This document shows positions 43,139 through 53,174 of a stretch of DNA of 64,000 nt, piece by piece (positions within the stretch are counted from its first letter, which is position 1; the number at the start of each line of letters is the position of its first letter). The stretch comes from an uncultured Acidobacteriota bacterium (GTDB lineage: Bacteria > Acidobacteriota > Vicinamibacteria > Vicinamibacterales > SCN-69-37): positions 76,873 through 140,872 of the forward strand of contig CAWBZK010000005.1 of NCBI GenBank assembly GCA_963793255.1, read 5' to 3'. The translations under genes were made by a program, and so were the position numbers. The notes below the pieces were generated by a model. That model saw nothing but the letters and a program-made list of their open reading frames with translations, was not told the DNA's origin and made no database searches.

Positions 43139-44226
43139 AATCGCAGCCATCAGCATCGGCGGCCGTCGCGTCGCCGAGGACGTTCCGCCGTTCGTGATCG
43201 CCGAGATCGGACTCAACCACGGCGGATCGGTGGACGGCGCGCTGGCGCTGGTCGACGCGGCGGCGGCGGCGGGCGCCCACGCCGTCAAGCTGCAGACGAT
43301 CGTGGCGCACGAGCTGGTGTCGCCGTTCTGCCCGGCGCCCGCGCACGTGAGCGCCACGTCTCTGGTCGAGTTCTTCGGCACGTTCGAGCTCGACGAAGAC
43401 GCGCACCGCGCCGTCGCCGAACAGGCGGCGGAGCTCGGGTTGCGTTTCATGTCGACGCCGTTCTCCGAAGCCGCGGTGGACATGCTCGAGCGCGTCGGCG
43501 TCGACGCCTACAAGATCGCGAGCGGCGATCTCACCTGGGACCAGCTGATTCTCCGCGTGGCGGCGACCGGCCGGCCGCTCGTCATCTCCACCGGCATGTC
43601 GACGCTCGCCGAGGTCAGGCACGCCGTCGCAGTCGCGCGCGCCGGCGGCGCGACCGAGATCGCGCTGCTGCACTGCGTGTCGGCCTACCCGGTTCCGCGC
43701 GGCAGCGAGAACCTGCTCGCGATCCGCACATTGGCTGCCGAGTGCGGCGTGCCCGTCGGCCTGTCGGACCACGGCGACGACACGTTCGCGTTGCCGATGG
43801 CCGTCGCGCTGGGCGCGTCGATCTACGAGCGGCATCTCGTCGGCGCGTCGCGACTCGACGGCGATCGATCGCGCGGTGTCGTGCACGCCCGCGCGAACTG
43901 GCGGCCGCGGTCACCGCCGGCCATCGCGCCTGGTCCGCGCTCGGGTGCGGCCGCAAGGCGTGCCTCGCGGCCGAAGCGCCAAATCTCGTGGCGAGCCGGC
44001 GTTCGCTGACGCGCGGCGCGGGACCTGCCCGCCGGGCCACGTGCTCGCGCGCCGACGACCTGCATCGCCCTCGCGCCCGGCCACCGGCATTCCGCCGGCG
44101 CGATCTCGATCTGGTCGTTGGCCGCCGGCTGCTCGCAGTGCCGCTCGTTGCGCGGGCGAGCCCATTGACCGCAGGCGTCGACCTCGAGCGCGACTCACGC
44201 CAACGGAGTCGCATCGTGTCGCTTAA
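43128..44226 (+). CDS. NeuB/PseI/SpsE nonulosonate synthase (frameshifts in the 3' half)
   Basis: IAEIGLNHGG, AVKLQT, STPF, KIASGD, ISTGM, LHCVSAYP, GLSDH, SAF tail. Confidence 0.92.
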
Positions 44227-45231
44227 CGTGCTGATCACCGCGGGCTCGCGCCGCGTGCCGCTCGTCCAGGCGTTTCAGCGCGCCGTGCGCACGACCGGCG
44301 GCGGCGCGGTCGTCGTCACCGACGTGAATCCGCTGTCGCCGACGGTCTACGTCGCGGACCGCTCGTATGCGGTGCCGCTCTCGACCGATCCGGGTATCTC
44401 GACGCGATCGAGCGGATCTGCCGTGACGAGCGCATCGGGCTCGTCGTCCCGACGATCGACGACGAGCTGCTCGCTGTTCGCCGAAGTGGCACGGCGTTTC
44501 GCCGACGTCGGCATTCGCGTCGCCGTGTCCGGCCGAAGACGATCGGCGCCTGCAACGACAAGTACCAGACCTGGCGCGTGCTGTCGCGCACGCGGACTGC
44601 CCGTCGCCGAGACGTATCTGCCGGCCGACATGCCGGCCGCGCCGGCGTTCCCGCTCTTCATCAAGCCGCGGTTCGGCCGGGGCGGCGTGGGCGCGTTTCC
44701 CGTCCGCGATCGCGCGCGAGCTCGCGTTCTTCCTCCAGTACGTCGCCGACCCCGTGCGTCCAGCCCTATCTCGACGGGCCGGAGTTCACGATCGACGTGC
44801 TGTGCGACTTCACCGGTCGCGTCCTCAGCGCTCGTGCCGCGCGAGCGCGTCGTCATCCGCGCCGGCGTCGTCGATCGCGGCCGCACCGTCCGCGACGAGT
44901 CGCTCGATCGAGCTCGGCGCGCGCTGTGCGCCGAGGCGCTCGCAGTGCGTCGGCGCCATCAACATCCAGTGCCGCGTCGTGGACGGTCAGCCGGTGATCT
45001 TCGAGATCAACCCGCGATTCTCCGGCGGCATCCCGCTCACGATCGCCGCGGGCGCGGACTTCCCGCGCATGCTCGTGCAGGCGGCCCGCGGGCGCGAGGT
45101 CAGCCCCGGCCATCGGCCGCTTCCGCGACGGCTTGTGGATGACGAGCTACGAGACGTCGGTGTTCGTGCCGGAAGCGCCATCGGCTTTTCATCCGCTCTG
45201 AGCGAGCCGGCATCGTCCGGAGGTGGCGTGA
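44216..45231 (+). CDS. ATP-grasp domain protein (frameshifts)
   Basis: NVLITAGSRRV, VPTIDDEL, DKY, FIKPRFG.G, EFTID, FEINPRFSGG. Confidence 0.85.
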
Positions 45232-45943
45232 TGGAATCGACTGGCATCATTCTGCAGGCCCGGATGGGCTCCGCGCCGGCTGCCGGGCAAGGTGCTCGCG
45301 CCGATCGGGCGCCGCACGATTCTCGAACACTGCGTGCGTCGCCTCGAGCAGAGCGAGTTGCCGGTCATCGTCGCGACGACCGACCGGGCGAAGACGACGC
45401 CGTGGAACGCGCGGCTCGAGCACTCGGCGCCGAGGTCTTCCGCGGCCCGGTCGACGACGTGCTCAGCGCGTTCATCGGCGCCGCGCACGCCTTCGGCTTC
45501 ACCGAGATCGTCCGCGCCACGGCGGACAATCCGTTCGTCGACATGGGCGCGTCGCAGCGCGCCTCGACGGCGCGCCAGCGCGGCGCGCGCCGATCACGTC
45601 GTCGAGTGCGGCCTGCCGATCGGCGCCGCCGTCGAAGCGGTGTCCGTCGACGCGCTGGGACGCGCGCGCGCGCTGGCCACCGACCCGTACGACCGCGAGC
45701 ACGTGACGTCGTTCGTCCGGCGCGACCCGCGGTTCCGCGCGCTTCGCGCCGTCGCACCGGGGCTGCTGCGCGCGGCCGGGGCTGCGGCTCACCGTGGACA
45801 CGCCGGAGACCTGGCGGTCGCGCGTGAGATTCACACGGAGCTCGGCCGTGGCGACGATCTGGCGGCGCTGGCGGTGTCATCCGGGCCGCCGAGGCCGTGC
45901 TCGTCCGGGATTCGCGTTCGGCGGAACGAGGAAGGGGGCGTAG
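45231..45943 (+). CDS. SpsF/PseF-like cytidylyltransferase (frameshifts)
   Basis: IILQARMGS.RLPGKVL, VRATADNPF, REHVT, RLTVDT. Confidence 0.85.
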
Positions 45944-46739
45944 TGAAGTCATCGGGTGGTTTGCTGACCGTTGCAGGTCTGGGGCTCGGAGCGCGCTGAC
46001 CGTGGCCTGGGCGCACGTGTCCATGGGCGGCAATCTCGCGCTGTTCGCGCAGCCCGAGGCGATTGCCGTCGTGTTCGGCGGCACGGTCGCCGCGCTGCTC
46101 GTCAGCTATCCGTACGCCACGATCCGCAGCGCGATTGCGGGTCTCGTCGCGCTCGGCGACCGCCGCGCCGTACCGCTCGAGGCGCTGGTGCCGGCATTCA
46201 TCGACTACGCGCGGAAGGCGCGCAAGCAGGGTCTCATCGCCGTGGAACGCGACGTCAATCGAACGGGCGACGTGTTTCTCGCGCGTGCCGTCACGCTGTC
46301 GCTGCACGGGCCTCGCCGTCAACGTCGTCCGTGAAGCGCTCGAAATCGACGCGCGCGTCCTGGCTGAGCGCGACGACGACCGCGCCGAGGTGCTCGAGGC
46401 GGCCGCCGGCTACGCGCCAACGCTCGGGATCGTCGGCGCCGTGCTCGGGCTGATGCGCGTCATGCAGCATTTCTCCTCGCCCGGCCGGCGTCGGCGACGG
46501 CATCGCGGCCGCGTTCGTCGCGACGGTCTTCGGCGTGGGCGGCGCCAACCTCGTGTTCCTTCCGCTCGCCACCCGCCTGCGCGCGCGTGCGCGACAGGAG
46601 CGCTTCGCCGCGAACTGTGATCGACGGCGTGCTCGCGCTGCGCGACGGCACCTCGCCGGGCGTGCTCGAGGAGCGTCTCGCCGGATATCTCACGCTGGAT
46701 CCCCCGAATCCTCTCCGGGCGGCCGCGGAGGTGGCATGA
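45943..46739 (+). CDS. motA: Stator A subunit 1 (MotC/PomA/Bacillus MotA-like; frameshifts)
   Basis: VVFGGT.AA, ARKQGLIAVE, GYAPTLGIVGAVLGL, GIAAAFVAT.FG..ANLVFLPLA. Confidence 0.88.
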
Positions 46740-47514
46740 GCGCGAAGCCAGTCGAATCGCGCCATCTACCCCGAGCGCCGTTCGCGCGGAGCGCACTCGC
46801 TCCGGGCGTCCGGCGACCGCTGGCTCTTCGGCTACGCCGACATCGTGACGCTGCTCTTCGCGTGCTTCGCAAGCCTGTACGCGACCGGGCTCGACACCGG
46901 TCGTGGCGTCGACCGTCGCGGCCGTCGTCGCGCCGACCGCGCTGTCGCCGCTGCGGAGCCCGTGCCGCCGCCGGCCGACTCCACGCCGGGTCAGCCCGAC
47001 GCCGTCGCGAGGATGGCCCCGCTCGAGGACGCGCTCGAACGACGGCTCGACTCGAATCCGCGGCTTCCCGGCGTCGAGATCGTTCCCGACCGCCGCGGAC
47101 TCGTGATCTCGCTGCCCGAGGCCGGATCGTTCCCGCCAGGCCGCGCCGAACTCTCGTCGTCGGCCCAGCTCGCGATCCTCGACCTGGCGCTGGAACTGGC
47201 CGCGTGCCGAACCTCGTCCGCGTCGAAGGCCACACCGACGACGTGCCGATTCGAACGCCGCAGTTCGTCGTCGAACTGGGATCTGTCCGCCGCGCGCGCG
47301 ACGCGCGTCGTGCAGTTGCTGATCGAACGAGGGCGGACTGGATCCCGACGCGGCTGTCGGCGGCGGGCTACGCGCGAGCACCGGCCGCGGCAGCCCAACA
47401 CGACGGCCGCCGCGCGCGCCCGCAATCGCCGCGTCGACATCGTGGTGCTCGAACGCGGAACGGAGACCGCGGACCGGAAGCAGACGTGCCGGACGCCGCG
47501 AGGCACGGCCATGA
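46736..47514 (+). CDS. motB: Stator B subunit 1 (MotD/MotB-like, OmpA domain; frameshifts)
   Basis: RWLFGYADIVTLLFACF, VEGHTDDVPI, SNWDLSAARA, ARNRRVDIV. Confidence 0.88.
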
Positions 47515-48655
47515 CGATGCTTCACGCCCACGGAGATCGACGCGCTGATCGGCAGCGCGGCCACCGGCCGCGCGCGACGCTGCGTCCGGCCGATCGCGCG
47601 GCGCTGGCTGGCACGCGCGTGATGGTCACGGGTGCCGGCGGATCGATCGGCTCCGAGCTGGCGCGCGTCCTCGCCTCGTGCGAGCCCGCCACGCTGGCGC
47701 TCGTCGACCATTCGGAACTGGCGCTCTTCAACATCGAGCGCGAGATGCGCGGGCGCTGGCCAGACATTCACGTCGAGCCGTGGCTGATGGACGCGTCACG
47801 CGCGCCGGGCATTGCGAAAGCCTGCCGTGAAGCGCGCCCGGACGTCGTGTATCACGCCGCCGCCTACAAGCACGTCACGATGGCCGAGCGCGCGCCGGCG
47901 GCGGCGCTCGGCGCCAACGTGCTCGGGCATCGGCGCACGCCGCTGCGGCCGCCGCGGTGGGCGCGCGCTTCGTGCTGATTTCGTCCGACAAGGCCGCCGA
48001 TCCGCAGAGCGTCATGGGCGCGACCAAGCGGCTGGCCGAAATGGTCGTGCTCGCGCATGGCGTCACCGGCGTTCCGGCCGGTCGTCGTGCGATTCGGCAA
48101 CGTGCTCGGCAGCAGTGGCAGCGCGTTGCCGTTGATGCGCGAGGCGATCCGCTCCGGCCGGCCGATCCCGCTGACCGATCCCGACGCCACGCGCTTCTTC
48201 ATGACCGTCGGCGAAGCGGTGTCGCTCGTCGATGCGCGCCGATCTCGTCGGCGATGCCGCACGAGATTTTCTGGCTCGACATGGGGGACCCGGTTCGCAT
48301 GGGCGATCTGGTCGAACGGCTCCTCGCCCTCGAGGAAGCCGCCGGGTTTCCACGCGTGCCGGTCGAGATCGTCGGCCTGCGGCCGGGAGAGAAGCGCACG
48401 GAAACGCTGGCCGACGCTCAGCTCGTGCTCGATCCGACCGCCGACGCATCGATTAGGGTGGCGCGCGAGCTGGCGCCACGGAAGATGTCGCTGGCGGCCA
48501 CGCTGCATCGGGTCCGCCGGGCCGTCCGGTACGCAAACGATCGCGCCGCGCTCGAGGTGCTGTCAGCGGCGCTCGAGGGGTTTGCGCCAAGCCGCCAGGC
48601 TGAAGAACGCGCCCGGCGAGAAGAGGACCAGACCGCCGGCCGGCCGGCCGCATGA
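47511..48655 (+). CDS. CapD/PglF/PseB-like nucleotide-sugar 4,6-dehydratase (frameshifts)
   Basis: [57 protein letters not shown]. Confidence 0.9.
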
Positions 48656-48743
48656 AGATTCTGCACCTCGGCGGCGTGCAGAATCCGAGAAGGCGCGTGC
48701 AAACGGTTGACGTGCCCTGACAGTCGGGCCGGCGAGCAGGATC

Positions 48744-48830
48744 GGAGGTCAGAAATCGGCGGGCGCCAAGGCCGGCGCCGAAGCTGGCCCGTTGCTTCTG
48801 ACTTCTAACTTCTCCCTTCTAACTTCTCAA
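48744..48830. repeat. Family B hairpin abutting the motA2 promoter
   Basis: ggaggtcagaaa ... cttctgacttctaacttctcccttctaacttctcaa. Confidence 0.65.
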
Positions 48831-48853
48831 GAATTCCCCCTTTCGGCCGATTG
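48827..48853 (+). promoter_or_regulatory. Sigma28 promoter of the second motAB
   Basis: TCAAG..N15-GCCGATTG. Confidence 0.7.
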
Positions 48854-48888
48854 ATGAACTGGGGTCGGACTGCGTCCGCCCCATCGCT

Positions 48889-49763
48889 ATGCTGGTCTGG
48901 GTTGGTCTCCTCGTCGTTGGCTGGCGCCGTTGCAGGGGGATACCTCTCGCACGGCGGCCGGCTGATCCTGCTCTTTCAGCCCGCCGAGTTTGTCGTCATC
49001 GGCGGCGCCGCGCTCGGCATTCTCATCGCCAGCACGCCGATGCCGCGTGGTCCGGAGCCTCGTCACGCAGCTCACGCGGCTCATGGGTACGCCACCCTCG
49101 AAACGCGAGTACACGGATTTGCTCGTGATGCTCTATCAGCTGTTCCGTGTCGCGCAGTCCGCGGGCGTGATGGCGCTCGAGCCGCACTTCGACAACCCGA
49201 AGGACAGCAGCGTCTTCTCGAAGTACCCGAAGTTTCTCGCGCGCCACGGATCGGTCGCCTTTCTCGCCGACTCGGCGCGCGTGATCATCGTGGGCGGCAT
49301 CTCGCCGCACGACTTCGACCACCTGATGTACGAAGACCTCGAGGTGCGGCACCGTGAAGCGCTGCATGCCGTCGCCACGCTGGCGAAGGTCGCGACGCGC
49401 TGCCCGCGCTCGGCATCGTCGCGGCGGTGCTCGGCGTCGTCATCACGATGCAGGCCATCGGCGGGCCGTCGGAGGAGATCGGACACAAGGTTGGCGCCGC
49501 GCTCGTCGGCACCTTCCTCGGCATCCTGCTGTCGTACGGGTTCGTGCAGCCGGTGGCCACGAGCCTGGAGCATCGCGTCGGCGAGGAACAGAACTTCGAG
49601 CAGGCGATCAAGGCGGGCATCCTGGCGCTTCACAAGGGCTTTGCGCCGGCGATTGCCGTCGAGTTCGCGCGCCGCGTGATTCCCGAGGACGTCCGTCCGA
49701 CGTTCGAAGAGACCGAGCAGCTCTGCCGCGACGCCCGCACCGAGAGCTCAGGCGGCGGCCTGA
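48889..49763 (+). CDS. motA: Stator A subunit 2 (enterobacterial MotA type; frameshifts)
   Basis: [56 protein letters not shown]. Confidence 0.9.
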
Positions 49764-50604
49764 TGCGGGCCAAGGAACATCCCATCATCATCGTCCGGCG
49801 CAAGAAGGCCGGGCACGGTGGCCACCACGGCGGCGCCTGGAAGGTCGCATACGCCGACTTCGTCACGGCGATGATGGCGTTCTTCCTCGTCATGTGGCTG
49901 TCCGCGCAGGACAGCCGCATCCGCGACGGCGATCGCCGGTTACTTTGCGGAGCCCGGCCTCATGCCGCACGAACGGTCGAACAGCATGCTCGACAGTGGC
50001 CGCGGCGGCATCGACCCGTCGGGTATGACCGTGCTCAACCGGCAGTCTCAGGCCCTCCAGGAAGCCGAGCAGAAGGCGCTGGCGACAGCCGCCGAGCGCA
50101 TTCGTGAAGAGACGAAGGCGCGCGAGTTCGCGTCGCTACGCGATCAGGTGGAGCTGTCAGTCACGACGGAAGGGCTGCGCATCGAGCTCGTCGAACGCAA
50201 CGGATCGAGCTTCTTCGACAGCGGGAGCGCGTGCTTGCGCGGCGAGAGCGTGAAGATCCTGTCCGTCATCGCCCGCGAGATCGGCAAGCTTCAGAACGAC
50301 GTGGTCATCGAAGGGCACACCGACAGCCGGCAGTACTCAAACGGCGAACGCTACGGGAACTGGGAGCTGTCGTCAGACCGGGCCAACGCGGCCCGGCGCG
50401 TCATGCTCGTTGAAGGACTTCGTGGCGGGCCAGCTCCGCGCGGTCCGCGGCTTTGCCGACAACGACCTTCGCGTGCCCGATCAACCGCTCGACCCGCGCA
50501 ACCGGCGCGTTTCCATCGTCGTCCGCAGTCAGAGCGCGGCGCAGCTCGAGTCAGCCATTCGTCAGGGGCTCGTGGGAACCATCGCGCCGAACGTTGCTCC
50601 CTAG
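49763..50604 (+). CDS. motB: Stator B subunit 2 (frameshifts)
   Basis: [51 protein letters not shown]. Confidence 0.92.
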
Positions 50605-51680
50605 CGCGACAGCAGCCTGGACAGCCGCGACACCTTCCTCACGCACACGCGATTGCGTCCCTTGTGTTTGGCGTCGTACAACGCCTGGTCGGCCCGGCCG
50701 ATCAGATCCGAGGCGCTGTCGCCGTCGGTGAACTGTGCCAGGCCGCAGCTGGCCGTGAAACGTATGGATTTGACGGCTCCAGCGTCCTCGTAGTCGTACG
50801 AGCGACCGGCGATACTCGCCAGGACGTTCGTAAACCGTTCCTCGGACTGCTTCAGGCCGACGCCGAGGATCACGGCGAACTCCTCGCCACCGTAGCGCGC
50901 GACGACGTCGTTCTGGCGAATCGCGCCCCGGAGCCAATCGGCGACGCAGAGGAGGACACGATCGCCGACCGGGTGGCCGTACTCGTCATTGATCTTCTTG
51001 AAGTGGTCGATGTCGAGCATGGCGAGCGAAAGCGTGCCGGATGATGTCCCCGCGTCCGCGATCATCCGCTCGAGCGCGCGATCGAAGCTCTCCCGGTTGT
51101 AGAGCTTGGTCAGCGGATCGAGCGCCGCTCGTTCCTCCGCGCGGCCGAGATCCGCCTGCAGGACCTCGACACGCTTCGACAACTTGTCGATCGCCGCGCG
51201 ATCGCGCTGCTTCCGCGACTCGACGACGCGTTCGAGCGACGAGATCTCCGTGGACAGCTCGCGCTTGAGCTCGCGAATGTCGTCGAGCCGGGCCATGGTC
51301 TTGAAGCGATCCGCGCTCGAGAGCACTTCCGCGTGAAAATCCGAGGACTCGCCGATCATCATGGCGGTCGCGTCGCGCAGCAGAGTGACGAGAGCGGCGA
51401 GCTCAGTTTCCCTCGCGAGATGGTCGGACTGCAGTCGCCGCAGGTAAAGCTCACACGTGGCGGAACAGTCGACGGCTTCCTGGCGCTCCTCCTGCGGATG
51501 CAGGACGCCGCCGAGCGTCTGCCGATGCGCGGACAGCCGCTTGCGAAGCTCGAGCGTGTCTTTCGATTCGCCGTCGCGTCCGGCGTCCGAGAGGAAACCT
51601 AAGAGCTGGAGAACAACAGTCTTCCAGATCGAGCTTCCACCTTCGCTTGTGCGGAGATGCAGTTCGACAATGTCGTCCAC
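50601..51680 (-). CDS. Diguanylate cyclase (coiled coil + GGDEF)
   Basis: DPLTKLYNR, DIDHFKKINDEYGHPVGD, RQND I-site, RYGGEEF, ADQALY.AK. Confidence 0.95.
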   Translation of the reverse strand: MDDIVELHLRTSEGGSSIWKTVVLQLLGFLSDAGRDGESKDTLELRKRLSAHRQTLGGVLHPQEERQEAVDCSATCELYLRRLQSDHLARETELAALVTLLRDATAMMIGESSDFHAEVLSSADRFKTMARLDDIRELKRELSTEISSLERVVESRKQRDRAAIDKLSKRVEVLQADLGRAEERAALDPLTKLYNRESFDRALERMIADAGTSSGTLSLAMLDIDHFKKINDEYGHPVGDRVLLCVADWLRGAIRQNDVVARYGGEEFAVILGVGLKQSEERFTNVLASIAGRSYDYEDAGAVKSIRFTASCGLAQFTDGDSASDLIGRADQALYDAKHKGRNRVCVRKVSRLSRLLSR

Positions 51681-51689
51681 TGTTCCAAA

Positions 51690-51716
51690 TCATCGGTGGC
51701 TCACTACTTGTCTTTA
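51690..51716 (-). promoter_or_regulatory. Sigma28 promoter of the diguanylate cyclase
   Basis: TAAA-N15-ACCGATGA. Confidence 0.7.
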
Positions 51717-51857
51717 GGACACGAACGGACTTGGGCGGTCGATTTTGTCGGCCGACGTGCCGACTACCAGGCGGAATTGCACACCACTGCACGGGAAACC
51801 ACGACACGCACGCGGCAGCACGTAACGCCGGGCTTCAGCCCGGGCGTCGTCATCCCA

Positions 51858-53153
51858 CTAGTGACGGGTCGAAGGCGCTGGGGTCCCGTCGCCGGGCTCG
51901 ATCGCCCATCCGAGGGCGTCGGAGTGGGCCGCGGGAAGCCACGCACGGTGGACGCCGAGGTCGTCGGCGAGCGGCAGCGCGACGGCCCAGTCGCCTCGCG
52001 CGTAGGCCACGACACAGTCGAGCAGACGGCGCCAGGGGTTATCACGGCCGAGGAGCGCCGCACTGACCTCGGTGGACACTGGCAGTTCGTTGAGGATCGC
52101 CGACATCTCGCGCTGGAGAATTGCGTCGAGGCACGACACCATGCCGAGAAGAAAACCTTCGCCGCCCGCATCGGGCCCGAACCGCCGCATCGCAATGAGC
52201 TCGCAGAACCGGCCTCGGATGCTGGCCATGGTCACGAGCTCGGCATGAGACTCGGCGCCGAGATCGGCGATCACCCAGAGAGACGCCCATCGGCGAATCG
52301 TGTTGAGGCCCATGAGCAGCAGGGCCTGACGAATCGACGTGACCTCACGCGATTGCGCGTAGACGACGGAGTTCACGGCGCGAAGGAGGCGGTAGCAGAG
52401 CGACGCGTCGTGCTTGACGAGATCTTCGAGATCGCCCAGAGAGAGGTGGGGAAGGCTCAGCACGTACAGCAGCCGCAAGGCGCCCACCTGCCCGCGGGGA
52501 ACCGGCCTGGACTCCACGTTCACCGCGCGGGTGAAGAAATATCCCTGCGCGTGGCTGAACCCGGCATCCATCGCCTGCGAGAAGGCGAACTGGCCTTCGA
52601 CGCGCGTCGCAATCGTCGCCCGCAGCCGTAGGTCGCTGACACCCGCATCGATGCAGGCCTGCCGGGTCGGATCATCAGCGGACGCGTCCACCGTGACGAA
52701 GTCCGCGACCGACAACAACGCGGCCGCGTCGGTCTCGGGCGAGAAGTCCTTGAGGGCGATCGAATATCCGTCGTTCGTGAGAAGGCGGTACGCCTCGACG
52801 GTTGCCGCGTCGAGCGCGATCCCGCAGGGGACTTCCACGACGACCCTCGTGGCGGGGAGGAGCTTGACGACTTCGTCTTCCAGGAGCGACGGCGGCACTT
52901 CGAGAAAGGCCCGCCGGTTGCGGACCAGGCGGTCCAGGCCAACCTCCAGAATGCTCTCCGCCGTGCGACGGGCCGCCTCCCTGGGCGGGGCATCGCTGAC
53001 GGCCGTCGCATTGCACACGAGCTCATAGCCGATGACGCGACGCGTCCGGTCAAGAATTGGCTGGCGGCCGATCATCACGCCGGCGCTCGGACTGCCGCCG
53101 GGAGGCGACGCGCGCTTGACGGAGCCAGGTTGTGTTTCACGAGCGAACGGCAT
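51858..53153 (-). CDS. EAL-HDOD protein (YuxH/PdeH-like) with degenerate EAL
   Basis: RQPILD..IGYELV, QGYFF, D.SL.YRLLR.VNS, SIRQAL..G, R.RFCE, FLLGM.S.LDAIL. Confidence 0.9.
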   Translation of the reverse strand: MPFARETQPGSVKRASPPGGSPSAGVMIGRQPILDRTRRVIGYELVCNATAVSDAPPREAARRTAESILEVGLDRLVRNRRAFLEVPPSLLEDEVVKLLPATRVVVEVPCGIALDAATVEAYRLLTNDGYSIALKDFSPETDAAALLSVADFVTVDASADDPTRQACIDAGVSDLRLRATIATRVEGQFAFSQAMDAGFSHAQGYFFTRAVNVESRPVPRGQVGALRLLYVLSLPHLSLGDLEDLVKHDASLCYRLLRAVNSVVYAQSREVTSIRQALLLMGLNTIRRWASLWVIADLGAESHAELVTMASIRGRFCELIAMRRFGPDAGGEGFLLGMVSCLDAILQREMSAILNELPVSTEVSAALLGRDNPWRRLLDCVVAYARGDWAVALPLADDLGVHRAWLPAAHSDALGWAIEPGDGTPAPSTRH

Positions 53154-53174
53154 CGGGCAGACCTCTCGCTGGAA

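Noticed and set aside
47511..47560. FliM-like CheY-binding motif ([11 protein letters not shown]) at the dehydratase N-terminus after frame repair
   Set aside because: Better explained as the DLLGR-like motif that precedes the Rossmann fold in CapD-family enzymes.
49427..50107. Apparent MotA2-MotB2 fusion (likewise MotB1-dehydratase and NeuB-ATP-grasp)
   Set aside because: TGATG/ATGA-type junctions are present, and the read-through is explained by nearby frameshifts in an indel-rich region.
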